A DNA stretch of 64,000 bases from the human T2T-CHM13v2.0 reference genome, Homo sapiens, in the NCBI RefSeq assembly GCF_009914755.1, contig NC_060934.1. The stretch is one strand, 5' to 3'. The notes under the pieces were generated by a model that was given only the letters and a program-made list of their open reading frames with translations, was not told the origin of the DNA and searched no databases. Position numbers and translations under genes: made by a program. Shown piece by piece: positions 1-12,000 of this stretch; the stretch's first letter is position 1, and each line of letters starts with the position of its first letter.

Positions 1-54
1 TTGAAACACTCTGTTTTTGGAATTTGCAAGTGCAGATTTCAAGCGATTCTAGGC

Positions 55-71
55 CTATGGCAGAAAAGGAA
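55..71 (+). promoter_or_regulatory. A-box / pJalpha-like site of the A-type monomer (representative copy)
   Basis: CTATGGCAGAAAAGGAA occupies the position homologous to the CENP-B box, 171 bp upstream of the box at 226, and resembles the A-type box consensus. The equivalent sites in dimers B, C and D are more degenerate. Confidence 0.55.
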
Positions 72-225
72 ATATCTTCGTATAAAAACTACACAGAATC
101 ATTCTCAACAACTACTTTGTGATGTGTGCGTTCAACTCACAGAGGTTAACCTTTCTTTTCATAGAGCAGTTTGGAAACACTCTGTTTGTAAAGCCTGCAA
201 GTGCTTTTTTGGACTTCATTGAGGC

Positions 226-242
226 CTTCGTTGGAAACGGGA
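226..242 (+). promoter_or_regulatory. CENP-B box (first of about 188 positions, one per ~340-bp dimer)
   Basis: CTTCGTTGGAAACGGGA matches the consensus YTTCGTTGGAARCGGGA and lies 41-42 bp upstream of each EcoRI site. Dimer B carries the CTTCGTTGGAAGCGGGA form. Confidence 0.97.
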
Positions 243-267
243 TTTCTTCATACAACGCTAGACAGAA

Positions 268-1286
268 GAATTCTCAGTAACTTCTTTGTGTTGTGTGTAT
301 TCAACTCACAGAGTTGAACCTTTCTTTAGAGAGAACAGAGTTGAAACACTCTGTTTTTGGAATTTGCAAGTGCAGATTTCAAGCGATTCTAGGCCTATGG
401 CAGAAAAGGAAATATCTTCGTATAAAAACTACACAGAATCATTCTCAACAACTACTTTGTGATGTGTGCATTCAACTCACAGAGTTTAACCTTTCTTTTC
501 ATAGAGCAGTTTGGAAACACTCTGTTTGTAAAGCCTGCAAGTGCTTTTTTGGACTTCATTGAGGCCTTCGTGGGAAACGGGATTTCTTCATATAATGCTA
601 GACAGAAGAATTCTCAGTCACTTCTTTGTATTGTGTGTATTCAAGTCACAGAGTTGAACCTTCCTTTAGACAGAGCAGTTTTGAAAAATTCTTTCTGTGG
701 AGTTTGCAAGTGGAGATTTCAAGCGATTTGAGGCTAATCTTTGAAATGGAAATATCTTCGTGTAAAAACTACACAGAATCATTCTCAGAAACTGCTTTGT
801 CATCTGTGCGTTCAGTTCACAGAGTTTCACCTTTCTCTTCATAGAGCAGTTTGGAAAGACTCTGTCTGTAAAGTCTGCAAGTGATTAGTTAGACCCCTTT
901 GAGGCCTTCGTCGGAAGCGGGATTTCTCATTTACTGCTAGACAGAAGAATTCTCAGTAAATCCTTTGTGTTGTGTGTATTCAACTCACAGAGTGGAACCT
1001 TCCTTTATTCAGAGCAGTTTTGAAAAACACTTTTTGTGGAATTTGCAAGTGGAGATTTCAAGCGATTTGACGCCAATCTTAGACATGGAAATATCTTCAT
1101 ATTAAAAGTACACAGAGTCATTCGTAGAAACTAGTTTGTGATGTGTGCCTTCAACTCACAGAGTTTAACCATTCTTTTCATAGAGCAGTTTGGAAACACT
1201 GTATTTGTAAAGTCTGCAAGTGGATATTTGGACCTCTTTGAGGCCTTCGTTGGAAACGGGATTTCTTCATACAACGCTAGACAGAA
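268..1286 (+). repeat. 6-mer HOR variant, dimers A-B-C, 1019 bp (representative)
   Basis: EcoRI sites at 268, 608, 947 and 1287. Markers: A = AGGCCTATGGCAG, B = GAGGCTAATCTTTG and GTGATTAGTTAGAC, C = GACGCCAATCTTAG and GTACACAGAGTC. The ORF track repeats at +1019. Confidence 0.96.
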
Positions 1287-2643
1287 GAATTCTCAGTAAC
1301 TTCTTTGTGTTGTGTGTATTCAACTCACAGAGTTGAACCTTTCTTTAGAGAGAGCAGAGTTGAAACACTCTGTTTTTGGAATTTGCAAGTGCAGATTTCA
1401 AGCGATTCTAGGCCTATGGCAGAAAAGGAAATATCTTCGTATAAAAACTACACAGAATCATTCTCAACAACTACTTTGTGATGTGTGCGTTCAACTCACA
1501 GAGTTTAACCTTTCTTTTCATAGAGCAGTTTGGAAACACTCTGTTTGTAAAGCCTGCAAGTGCTTTTTTGGACTTCATTGAGGCCTTCGTTGGAAACGGG
1601 ATTTCTTCATATAATGCTAGACAGAAGAATTCTCAGTCACTTCTTTGTGTTGTGTGTATTCAAGTCACAGAGTTGAACCTTCCTTTAGACAGAGCAGTTT
1701 TGAAAAATTCTTTCTGTGTAATTTGCAAGTGGAGATTTCAAGCGATTTGAGGCTAATCTTTGAAATGGAAATATCTTCGTGTAAAAACTACACAGAATCA
1801 TTCTCAGAAACTGCTTTGTCATCTGTGCGTTCAGTTCACAGAGTTTCACCTTTCTCTTCATAGAGCAGTTTGGAAAGACTCTGTCTGTAAAGTCTGCAAG
1901 TGATTAGTTAGACCCCTTTGAGGCCTTCGTTGGAAGCGGGATTTCTCATTTACTGCTAGACAGAAGAATTCTCAGTAAATCCTTTGTGTTGTGTGTATTC
2001 AACTCACAGAGTGGAACCTTCCTTTATTCAGAGCAGTTTTGAAACACTCTTTTTGTGGAATTTGCAAGTGGAGATTTCAAGCGATTTGACGCCAATCTTA
2101 GACATGGAAATATCTTCATATTAAAAGTACACAGAGTCATTCGTAGAAACTAGTTTGTGATGTGTGCCTTCAACTCACAGAGTTTAACCTTTCTTTTCAT
2201 AGAGCAGTTGGGAAACACTCTATTTGTAAAGTCTGCAAGTGGATATTTGGACCTCTTTGAGGCCTTCGTTGGAAACGGGATTTCTTCATATAACGCTTGA
2301 CAGAAGAATTCTCAGTAACTTCTTTGTGTTGTGTGTATTCAGCTCACAGAGTTGAACCTTTCTTTAGAGGGAGCAGAGGTGAAACACTCTTTTTGTGGAA
2401 TTTGCTAGTGTAGATTTCAAACGCTTCGAAGACAGTGATAGAAAAGGATATATCTTCGTATTAAAAGTAGACAAAATCATTCTCAGAAAACTCTTTGTGA
2501 TGTGTGTGTTCAACTCACAGAGTTTAACCTTTCTTTAATCGAGCAGTTTGGAAATACACTCTTTGTAAGTCTGCAGGTGGATATTTGGCCCTCTTTGAGC
2601 CCTTCGTTGGAAACGGGATTTCCTCATATAATGCTAGACAGAA

Positions 2644-4000
2644 GAATTCTCAGTAACTTCTTTGTGTTGTTTGTATTCAACACACAGATTTGAACCTTCC
2701 TTTAGAGAGAGCAGATTTGAAACACTCTGTTTTTGGAATTTGCAAGTGCAGATTTCAAGTGCTTCTAGGCCTATGGCAGAAAAGGAAATATCTTCGTATA
2801 AAAACTACACAGAATCATTCTCAACAACTACTTTGTGATGTGTGCGTTCAACTCACAGAGTTTAACCTTTCTTTTCATAGAGCAGTTTGGAAACACTCTG
2901 TTTGTAAAGCCTGCAAGTGCTTTTTTGGACTTCATTGAGGCCTTCGTTGGAAACGGGATTTCTTCATATAATGCTAGACAGAAGAATTCTCAGTCACTTC
3001 TTTGTGTTGTGTGTATTCAAGTCACAGAGTTGAACCTTCCTTTAGACAGAGCAGTTTTGAAAAATTCTTTCTGTGTAATTTGCAAGTGGAGATTTCAAGC
3101 GATTTGTGGCTAATCTTTGAAATGGAAATATCTTCGTGTAAAAACTACACAGAATCATTCTCAGAAACTGCTTTGTCATCTGTGCGTTCAGTTCACAGAG
3201 TTTCACCTTTCTCTTCATAGAGCAGTTTGGAAAGACTCTGTCTGTAAATTCTGCAAGTGATTAGTTAGAACCCTTTGAGGCCTTCGTTGGAAGCGGGATT
3301 TCTCATTTACTGCTAGACAGAAGAATTCTCAGTAAATCCTTTGTGTTGTGTGTATTCAACTCACAGAGTGGAACCTTCCTTTATTCAGAGCAGTTTTGAA
3401 ACACTCTTTTTGTGGAATTTGCAAGTGGAGATTTCAAGCGATTTGACGCCAATCTTAGACATGGAAATATCTTCATATTAAAAGTACACAGAGTCATTCG
3501 GAGAAACTAGTTTGTGATGTGTGCCTTCAACTCACAGAGTTTAACCTTTCTTTTCATAGAGCAGTTGGGAAACACTCTATTTGTAAAGTCTGCAAGTGGA
3601 TATTTGGACCTCTTTGAGGCCTTCGTTGGAAACGGGATTTCTTCATATAACGCTAGACAGAAGAATTCTCAGTAACTTCTTTGTGTTGTGTGTATTCAAC
3701 TCACAGAGTTGAACCTTTCTTTAGAGGGAGCAGAGGTGAAACACTCTTTTTGTGGAATTTGCTAGTGTAGATTTCAAACGCTTCGAAGACAGTGATAGAA
3801 AAGGATATATCTTCGTATTAAAAGTAGACAAAATCATTCTCAGAAAACTCTTTGTGATGTGTGTGTTCAACTCACAGAGTTTAACCTTTCTTTAATCGAG
3901 CAGTTTGGAAATACACTCTTTGTAAGTCTGCAGGTGGATATTTGGCCCTCTTTGAGCCCTTCGTTGGAAACGGGATTTCCTCATATAATGCTAGACAGAA
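2644..4000 (+). repeat. Canonical 8-mer HOR, dimers A'-B-C-D, 1357 bp (representative)
   Basis: EcoRI sites at 2644, 2984, 3323, 3663 and 4001. D = CTTCGAAGACAGTGATAG, TAATCGAGC and CTGCAGGTGG. ORF offset 2502 to 3859 is 1357. Confidence 0.96.
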
Positions 4001-4340
4001 GAATTCTCAGTAACTTCTTTGTGTTGTTTGTATTCAACACACAGATTTGAACCTTCCTTTAGAGAGAGCAGATTTGAAACACTCTGTTTTTGGAATTTGC
4101 AAGTGCAGATTTCAAGCGATTCTAGGCCTATGGCAGAAAAGTAAATATCTTCGTATAAAAACTACACAGAATCATTCTCAACAACTACTTTGTGATGTGT
4201 GCGTTGAAGTCACAGAGTTTAACCTTTCTTTTCATAGAGCAGTTTGGAAACACTCTGTTTGTAAAGCCTGCAAGTGCTTTTTTGGACTTCATTGAGGCCT
4301 TCGTTGGAAACGGGATTTCTTCATACAACGCTAGACAGAA

Positions 4341-7300
4341 GAATTCTCAGTAACTTCTTTGTGTTGTGTGTATTCAACTCACAGAGTTGAACCTTTCTTT
4401 AGAGAGAACAGAGTTGAAACACTGTGTTTTTGGAATTTGCAAGTGCAGATTTCAAGCGATTCTAGGCCTATGGCAGAAAAGGAAATATCTTCGTATAAAA
4501 ACTACACAGAATCATTCTCAACAACTACTTTGTGATGTGTGCATTCAACTCACAGAGTTTAACCTTTCTTTTCATAGAGCAGTTTGGAAACACTCTGTTT
4601 GTAAAGCCTGCAAGTGCTTTTTTGGACTTCATTGAGGCCTTCGTTGGAAACGGGATTTCTTCATATAATGCTAGACAGAAGAATTCTCAGTCACTTCTTT
4701 GTGTTGTGTGTATTCAAGTCACAGAGTTGAACCTTCCTTTAGACAGAGCAGTTTTGAAAAATTCTTTCTGTGGAGTTTGCAAGTGGAGATTTCAAGCGAT
4801 TTGAGGCTAATCTTTGAAATGGAAATATCTTCGTGTAAAAACTACACAGAATCATTCTCAGAAACTGCTTTGTCATCTGTGCGTTCAGTTCACAGAGTTT
4901 CACCTTTCTCTTCATAGAGCAGTTTGGAAAGACTCTGTCTGTAAAGTCTGCAAGTGATTAGTTAGACCCCTCTGAGGCCTTCGTTGGAAGCGGGATTTCT
5001 CATTTACTGCTAGACAGAAGAATTCTCAGTAAATCCTTTGTGTTGTGTGTATTCAACTCACAGAGTGGAACCTTCCTTTATTCAGAGCAGTTTTGAAAAA
5101 CACTTTTTGTGGAATTTGCAAGTGGAGATTTCAAGCGATTTGACGCCAATCTTAGACATGGAAATATCTTCATATTAAAAGTACACAGAGTCATTCGTAG
5201 AAACTTGTTTGTGATGTGTGCCTTCAAATCACAGAGTTTAACCTTTCTTTTCATAGAGCAGTTTGGAAACACTCTATTTGTAAAGTCTGCAAGTGGATAT
5301 TTGGACCTCTTTGAGGCCTTCGTTGGAAACGGGATTTCTTCATACAACGCTATACAGAAGAATTCTCAGTAACTTCTTTGTGTTGTGTGTATTCAACTCA
5401 CAGAGTTGAACCTTTCTTTAGAGAGAGCAGAGTTGAAACACTCTGTTTTTGGAATTTGCAAGTGCAGATTTCAAGCGATTCTAGGCCTATGGCAGAAAAG
5501 GAAATATCTTCGTATAAAAACTACACAGAATCATTCTCAACAACTACTTTGTGATGTGTGCGTTCAACTCACAGAGTTTAAACTTTCTTTTCATAGAGCA
5601 GTTTGGAAACACTCTGTTTGTAAAGCCTGCAAGTGCTTTTTTGGACTTCATTGAGGCCTTCGTTGGAAACGGGATTTCTTCATATAATGCTAGACAGAAG
5701 AATTCTCAGTCACTTCTTTGTGTTGTGTGTATTCAAGTCACAGAGTTGAACCTTCCTTTAGACAGAGCAGTTTTGAAAAATTCTTTCTGTGTAATTTGCA
5801 AGTGGAGATTTCAAGCGATTTGAGGCTAATCTTTGAAATGGAAATATCTTCGTGTAAAAACTACACAGAATCATTCTCAGAAACTGCTTTGTCATCTGTG
5901 CGTTCAGTTCACAGAGTTTCACCTTTCTCTTCATAGAGCAGTTTGGAAAGACTCTGTCTGTAAAGTCTGCAAGTGATTAGTTAGACCTCTTTGAGGCCTT
6001 CGTTGGAAGCGGGATTTCTCATTTACTGCTAGACAGAAGAATTCTCAGTAAATCCTTTGTGTTGTGTGTATTCAACTCACAGAGTGGAACCTTCCTTTAT
6101 TCAGAGCAGTTTTGAAAAACACTTTTTGTGGAATTTGCAAGTGGAGATTTCAAGCGATTTGTCGCCAATCTTAGACATGGAAATATCTTCATATTAAAAG
6201 TACACAGAGTCATTCGTAAAAACTAGTTTGTGATGTGTGCCTTCAACTCACAGAGTTTAACCTTTCTTTTCATAGAGCAGTTGGGAAACACTCTATTTGT
6301 AAAGTCTGCAAGTGGATATTTGGACCTCTTTGAAGCCTTCGTTGGAAACGGGATTTCTTCATACAACGCTAGACAGAAGAATTCTCAGTAACTTCTTTGT
6401 GTTGTGTGTATTCAACTCACAGAGTTGAACCTTTCTTTAGAGAGAGCAGAGTTGAAACACTCTGTTTTTGGAATTTGCAACTGCAGATTTCAAGCGATTC
6501 TAGGCCTATGGCAGAAAAGGAAATATCTTCGTATAAAAACTACACAGAATCATTCTCAACAACTACTTTGTGATGTGTGCGTTCAACTCACAGAGTTTAA
6601 CCTTTCTTTTCATAGAGCAGTTTGGAAACACTCTGTTTGTAAAGCCTGCAAGTGCTTTTTTGGACTTCATTGAGGCCTTCGTTGGAAACGGGATTTCTTC
6701 ATATAATGCTAGACAGAAGAATTCTCAGTCACTTCTTTGTGTTGTGTGTATTCAAGTCACAGAGTTGAACCTTCCTTTAGACAGAGCAGTTTTGAAAAAT
6801 TCTTTCTGTGGAGTTTGCAAGTGGAGATTTCAAGCGATTTGAGGCTAATCTTTGAAATGGAAATATCTTCGTGTAAAAACTACACAGAATCATTCTCAGA
6901 AACTGCTTTGTCATCTGTGCGTTCAGTTCACAGAGTTTCACCTTTCTCTTCATAGAGCAGTTTGGAAAGACTCTGTCTGTAAAGTCTGCAAGTGATTAGT
7001 TAGACCCCTTTGAGGCCTTCGTTGGAAGCGGGATTTCTCATTTACTGCTAGACAGAAGAATTCTCAGTAAATCCTTTGTGTTGTGTGTATTCAACTCACA
7101 GAGTGGAACCTTCCTTTATTCAGAGCAGTTTTGAAAAACACTTTTTGTGGAATTTGCAAGTGGAGATTTCAAGCGATTTGACGCCAATCTTAGACATGGA
7201 AATATCTTCATATTAAAAGTACACAGAGTCATTCGTAGAAACTAGTTTGTGATGTGTGCCTTCAACTCACAGAGTTTAACCTTTCTTTTCATAGAGCAGT

Positions 7301-8416
7301 TTGGAAACACTCTATTTGTAAAGTCTGCAAGTGGATATTTGGACCTCTTTGAGGCCTTCGTTGGAAACGGGATTTCTTCATACAACGCTAGACAGAAGAA
7401 TTCTCAGTAACTTCTTTGTGTTGTGTGTATTCAACTCACAGAGTTGAACCTTTCTTTAGAGAGAGCAGAGTTGAAACACTCTGTTTTTGGAATTTGCAAC
7501 TGCAGATTTCAAGCGAATCTAGGCCTATGGCAGAAAAGGAAATATCTTCGTATAAAAACTACACAGAATTATTCTCAACAACTACTTTGTGATGTGTGCG
7601 TTCAACTCACAGAGTTTAACCTTTCTTTTCGTAGAGCAGTTTGGAAACACTCTGTTTGTAAAGCCTGCAAGTGCTTTTTTGGACTTCATTGAGGCCTTCG
7701 TTGGAAACGGGATTTCTTCATATAATGCTAGACAGAAGAATTCTCAGTCACTTCTTTGTGTTGTGTGTATTCAAGTCACAGAGTTGAACCTTCCTTTAGA
7801 CAGAGCAGTTTTGAAAAATTCTTTCTGTGGAGTTTGCAAGTGGAGATTTCAAGCGATTTGAGGCTAATCTTTGAAATGGAAATATCTTCGTGTAAAAACT
7901 ACACAGAATCATTCTCAGAAACTGCTTTGTCATCTGTGCGTTCAGTTCACAGAGTTTCACCTTTCTCTTCATAGAGCAGTTTGGAAAGACTCTGTCTGTA
8001 AAGTCTGCAAGTGATTAGTTAGACCCCTTTGAGGCCTTCGTTGGAAGCGGGATTTCTCATTTACTGCTAGACAGAAGAATTCTCAGTAAATCCTTTGTGT
8101 TGTGTGTATTCAACTCACAGAGTGGAACCTTCCTTTATTCAGAGCAGATTTGAAAAACACTTTTTGTGGAATTTGCAAGTGGAGATTTCAAGCGATTTGA
8201 CGCCAATCTTAGACATGGAAATATCTTCATATTAAAAGTACACAGAGTCATTCGTAGAAACTAGTTTGTGATGTGTGCCTTCAACTCACAGAGTTTAACC
8301 TTTCTTTTCATAGAGCAGTTTGGAAACACTCTATTTGTAAAGTCTGCAAGTGGATATTTGGACCTCTTTGAGGCCTTCGTTGGAAACGGGATTTCTTCAT
8401 ACAACGCTAGACAGAA
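4341..8416 (+). repeat. Four consecutive ABC (1019 bp) units
   Basis: A dimers start at 4341, 5360, 6379 and 7398; the next D dimer is at 8417. Confidence 0.92.
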
Positions 8417-9094
8417 GAATTCTCAGTAACTTCTTTGTGTTGTGTGTATTCAACTCACAGAGTTGAACCTTTCTTTAGAGGGAGCAGAGGTGAAACACTC
8501 TTTTTGTGGAATTTGCTAGTGTAGATTTCAAACGCTTCGAAGACAGTGATAGAAAATGATATATCTTCGTATTAAAAGTAGACAAAATCATTCTCAGAAA
8601 ACTCTTTGTGATGTGTGTGTTCAACTCACAGAGTTTAACCTTTCTTTAATCGAGCAGTTTGGAAATACACTCTTTGTAAGTCTGCAGGTGGATATTTGGC
8701 CCTCTTTGAGCCCTTCGTTGGAAAAGGGATTTCCTCATATAATGCTAGACAGAAGAATTCTCAGTAACTTCTTTGTGTTGTTTGTATTCAACACACAGAT
8801 TTGAACCTTCCTTTAGAGAGAGCAGATTTGAAACACTCTGTTTTTGGAATTTGCAAGTGCAGATTTCAAGCGCTTCTAGGCCTATGGCAGAAAAGGAAAT
8901 ATCTTCGTATAAAAACTACACAGAATCATTCTCAACAACTACTTTGTGATGTGTGCGTTCAACTCACAGAGGTTAACCTTTCTTTTCATAGAGCAGTTTG
9001 GAAACACTCTGTTTGTAAAGCCTGCAAGTGCTTTTTTGGACTTCATTGAGGCCTTCGTTGGAAACGGGATTTCTTCATACAACGCTAGACAGAA

Positions 9095-12000
9095 GAATTC
9101 TCAGTAACTTCTTTGTGTTGTGTGTATTCAACTCACAGAGTTGAACCTTTCTTTAGAGAGAACAGAGTTGAAACACTCTGTTTTTGGAATTTGCAAGTGC
9201 AGATTTCAAGCGATTCTAGGCCTATGGCAGAAAAGGAAATATCTTCGTATAAAAACTACACAGAATCATTCTCAACAACTACTTTGTGATGTGTGCATTC
9301 AACTCACAGAGTTTAACCTTTCTTTTCATAGAGCAGTTTGGAAACACTCTGTTTGTAAAGCCTGCAAGTGCTTTTTTGGACTTCATTGAGGCCTTCGTTG
9401 GAAACGGGATTTCTTCATATAATGCTAGACAGAAGAATTCTCAGTCACTTCTTTGTATTGTGTGTATTCAAGTCACAGAGTTGAACCTTCCTTTAGACAG
9501 AGTAGTTTTGAAAAATTCTTTCTGTGGAGTTTGCAAGTGGAGATTTCAAGCGATTTGAGGCTAATCTTTGAAATGGAAATATCTTCGTGTAAAAACTACA
9601 CAGAATCATTCTCAGAAACTGCTTTGTCATCTGTGCGTTCAGTTCACAGAGTTTCACCTTTCTCTTCATAGAGCAGTTTGGAAAGACTCTGTCTGTAAAG
9701 TCTGCAAGTGATTAGTTAGACCCCTTTGAGGCCTTCGTTGGAAGCGGGATTTCTCATTTACTGCTAGACAGAAGAATTCTCAGTAAATCCTTTGTGTTGT
9801 GTGTATTCAACTCACAGAGTGGAACCTTCCTTTATTCAGAGCAGTTTTGAAAAACACTTTTTGTGGAATTTGCAAGTGGAGATTTCAAGCGATTTGACGC
9901 CAATCTTAGACATGGAAATATCTTCATATTAAAAGTACACAGAGTCATTCGTAGAAACTAGTTTGTGATGTGTGCCTTCAACTCACAGAGTTTAACCTTT
10001 CTTTTCATAGAGCAGTTTGGAAACACTCTATTTGTAAAGTCTGCAAGTGGATATTTGGACCTCTTTGAGGCCTTCGTTGGAAACGGGATTTCTTCATACA
10101 ACGCTAGACAGAAGAATTCTCAGTAACTTCTTTGTGTTGTGTGTATTCAACTCACAGAGTTGAACCTTTCTTTAGAGAGAGCAGAGTTGAAACACTCTGT
10201 TTTTGGAATTTGCAAGTGCAGATTTCAAGCGATTCTAGGCCTATGGCAGAAAAGGAAATATCTTCGTATAAAAACTACACAGAATCATTCTCAACAACTA
10301 CTTTGTGATGTGTGCGTTCAACTCACAGAGTTTAACCTTTCTTTTCATAGAGCAGTTTGGAAACACTCTGTTTGTGAAGCCTGCAAGTGCTTTTTTGGAC
10401 TTCATTGAGGCCTTCGTTGGAAACGGGATTTCTTCATATAATGCTAGACAGAAGAATTCTCAGTCACTTCTTTGTGTTGTGTGTATTCAAGTCACAGAGT
10501 TGAACCTTCCTTTAGACAGAGCAGTTTTGAAAAATTCTTTCTGTGTAATTTGCAAGTGGAGATTTCAAGCGATTTGAGGCTAATCTTTGAAATGGAAATA
10601 TCTTCGTGTAAAAACTACACAGAATCATTCTCAGAAACTGCTTTGTCATCTGTGCGTTCAGTTCACAGAGTTTCACCTTTCTCTTCATAGAGCAGTTTGG
10701 AAAGACTCTGTCTGTAAAGTCTGCAAGTGATTAGTTAGACCCCTTTGAGGCCTTCGTTGGAAGCGGGATTTCTCATTTACTGCTAGACAGAAGAATTCTC
10801 AGTAAATCCTTTGTGTTGTGTGTATTCAACTCACAGAGTGGAACCTTCCTTTATTCAGAGCAGTTTTGAAAAACACTTTTTGTGGAATTTGCAAGTGGAG
10901 ATTTCAAGCGATTTGACGCCAATCTTAGACATGGAAATATCTTCATATTAAAAGTACACAGAGTCATTCGTAGAAACTAGTTTGTGATGTGTGCCTTCAA
11001 CTCACAGAGTTTAACCTTTCTTTTCATAGAGCAGTTTGGAAACACTCTATTTGTAAAGTCTGCAAGTGGATATTTGGACCTCTTTGAGGCCTTCGTTGGA
11101 AACGGGATTTCTTCATACAACGCTATACAGAAGAATTCTCAGTAACTTCTTTGTGTTGTGTGTATTCAACTCACAGAGTTGAACCTTTCTTTAGAGAGAG
11201 CAGAGTTGAAACACTCTGTTTTTGGAATTTGCAAGTGCAGATTTCAAGCGATTCTAGGCCTATGGCAGAAAAGGAAATATCTTCGTATAAAAACTACACA
11301 GAATCATTCTCAACAACTACTTTGTGATGTGTGCGTTCAACTCACAGAGTTTAAACTTTCTTTTCATAGAGCAGTTTGGAAACACTCTGTTTGTAAAGCC
11401 TGCAAGTGCTTTTTTGGACTTCATTGAGGCCTTCGTTGGAAACGGGATTTCTTCATATAATGCTAGACAGAAGAATTCTCAGTCACTTCTTTGTGTTGTG
11501 TGTATTCAAGTCACAGAGTTGAACCTTCCTTTAGACAGAGCAGTTTTGAAAAATTCTTTCTGTGTAATTTGCAAGTGGAGATTTCAAGCGATTTGAGGCT
11601 AATCTTTGAAATGGAAATATCTTCGTGTAAAAACTACACAGAATCATTCTCAGAAACTGCTTTGTCATCTGTGCGTTCAGTTCACAGAGTTTCACCTTTC
11701 TCTTCATAGAGCAGTTTGGAAAGACTCTGTCTGTAAAGTCTGCAAGTGATTAGTTAGACCTCTTTGAGGCCTTCGTTGGAAGCGGGATTTCTCATTTACT
11801 GCTAGACAGAAGAATTCTCAGTAAATCCTTTGTGTTGTGTGTATTCAACTCACAGAGTGGAACCTTCCTTTATTCAGAGCAGTTTTGAAAAACACTTTTT
11901 GTGGAATTTGCAAGTGGAGATTTCAAGCGATTTGACGCTAATCTTAGACATGGAAATATCTTCATATTAAAAGTACACAGAGTCATTCGTAAAAACTAGT

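Noticed and set aside
566-922. Variant boxes CTTCGTGGGAAACGGGA (566) and CTTCGTCGGAAGCGGGA (906); similar at 29424, 35532, 41641 and 50126
   Set aside because: The changes are outside the nine core positions, so they were not counted as broken.
1128-1137. Short palindromes (AAACTAGTTT, AGAATTCT, CTTCGAAG, AAGCGCTT) as cruciform or terminator signals
   Set aside because: They are only 8-10 bp, intrinsic to the HOR consensus, and too short to support a structural claim without folding calculations.
5078-5347. Minus-strand ORFs (also 29785-29979) suggesting an inversion
   Set aside because: The monomers keep the same orientation; point changes in the SpeI region or the A>C junction merely open a frame.
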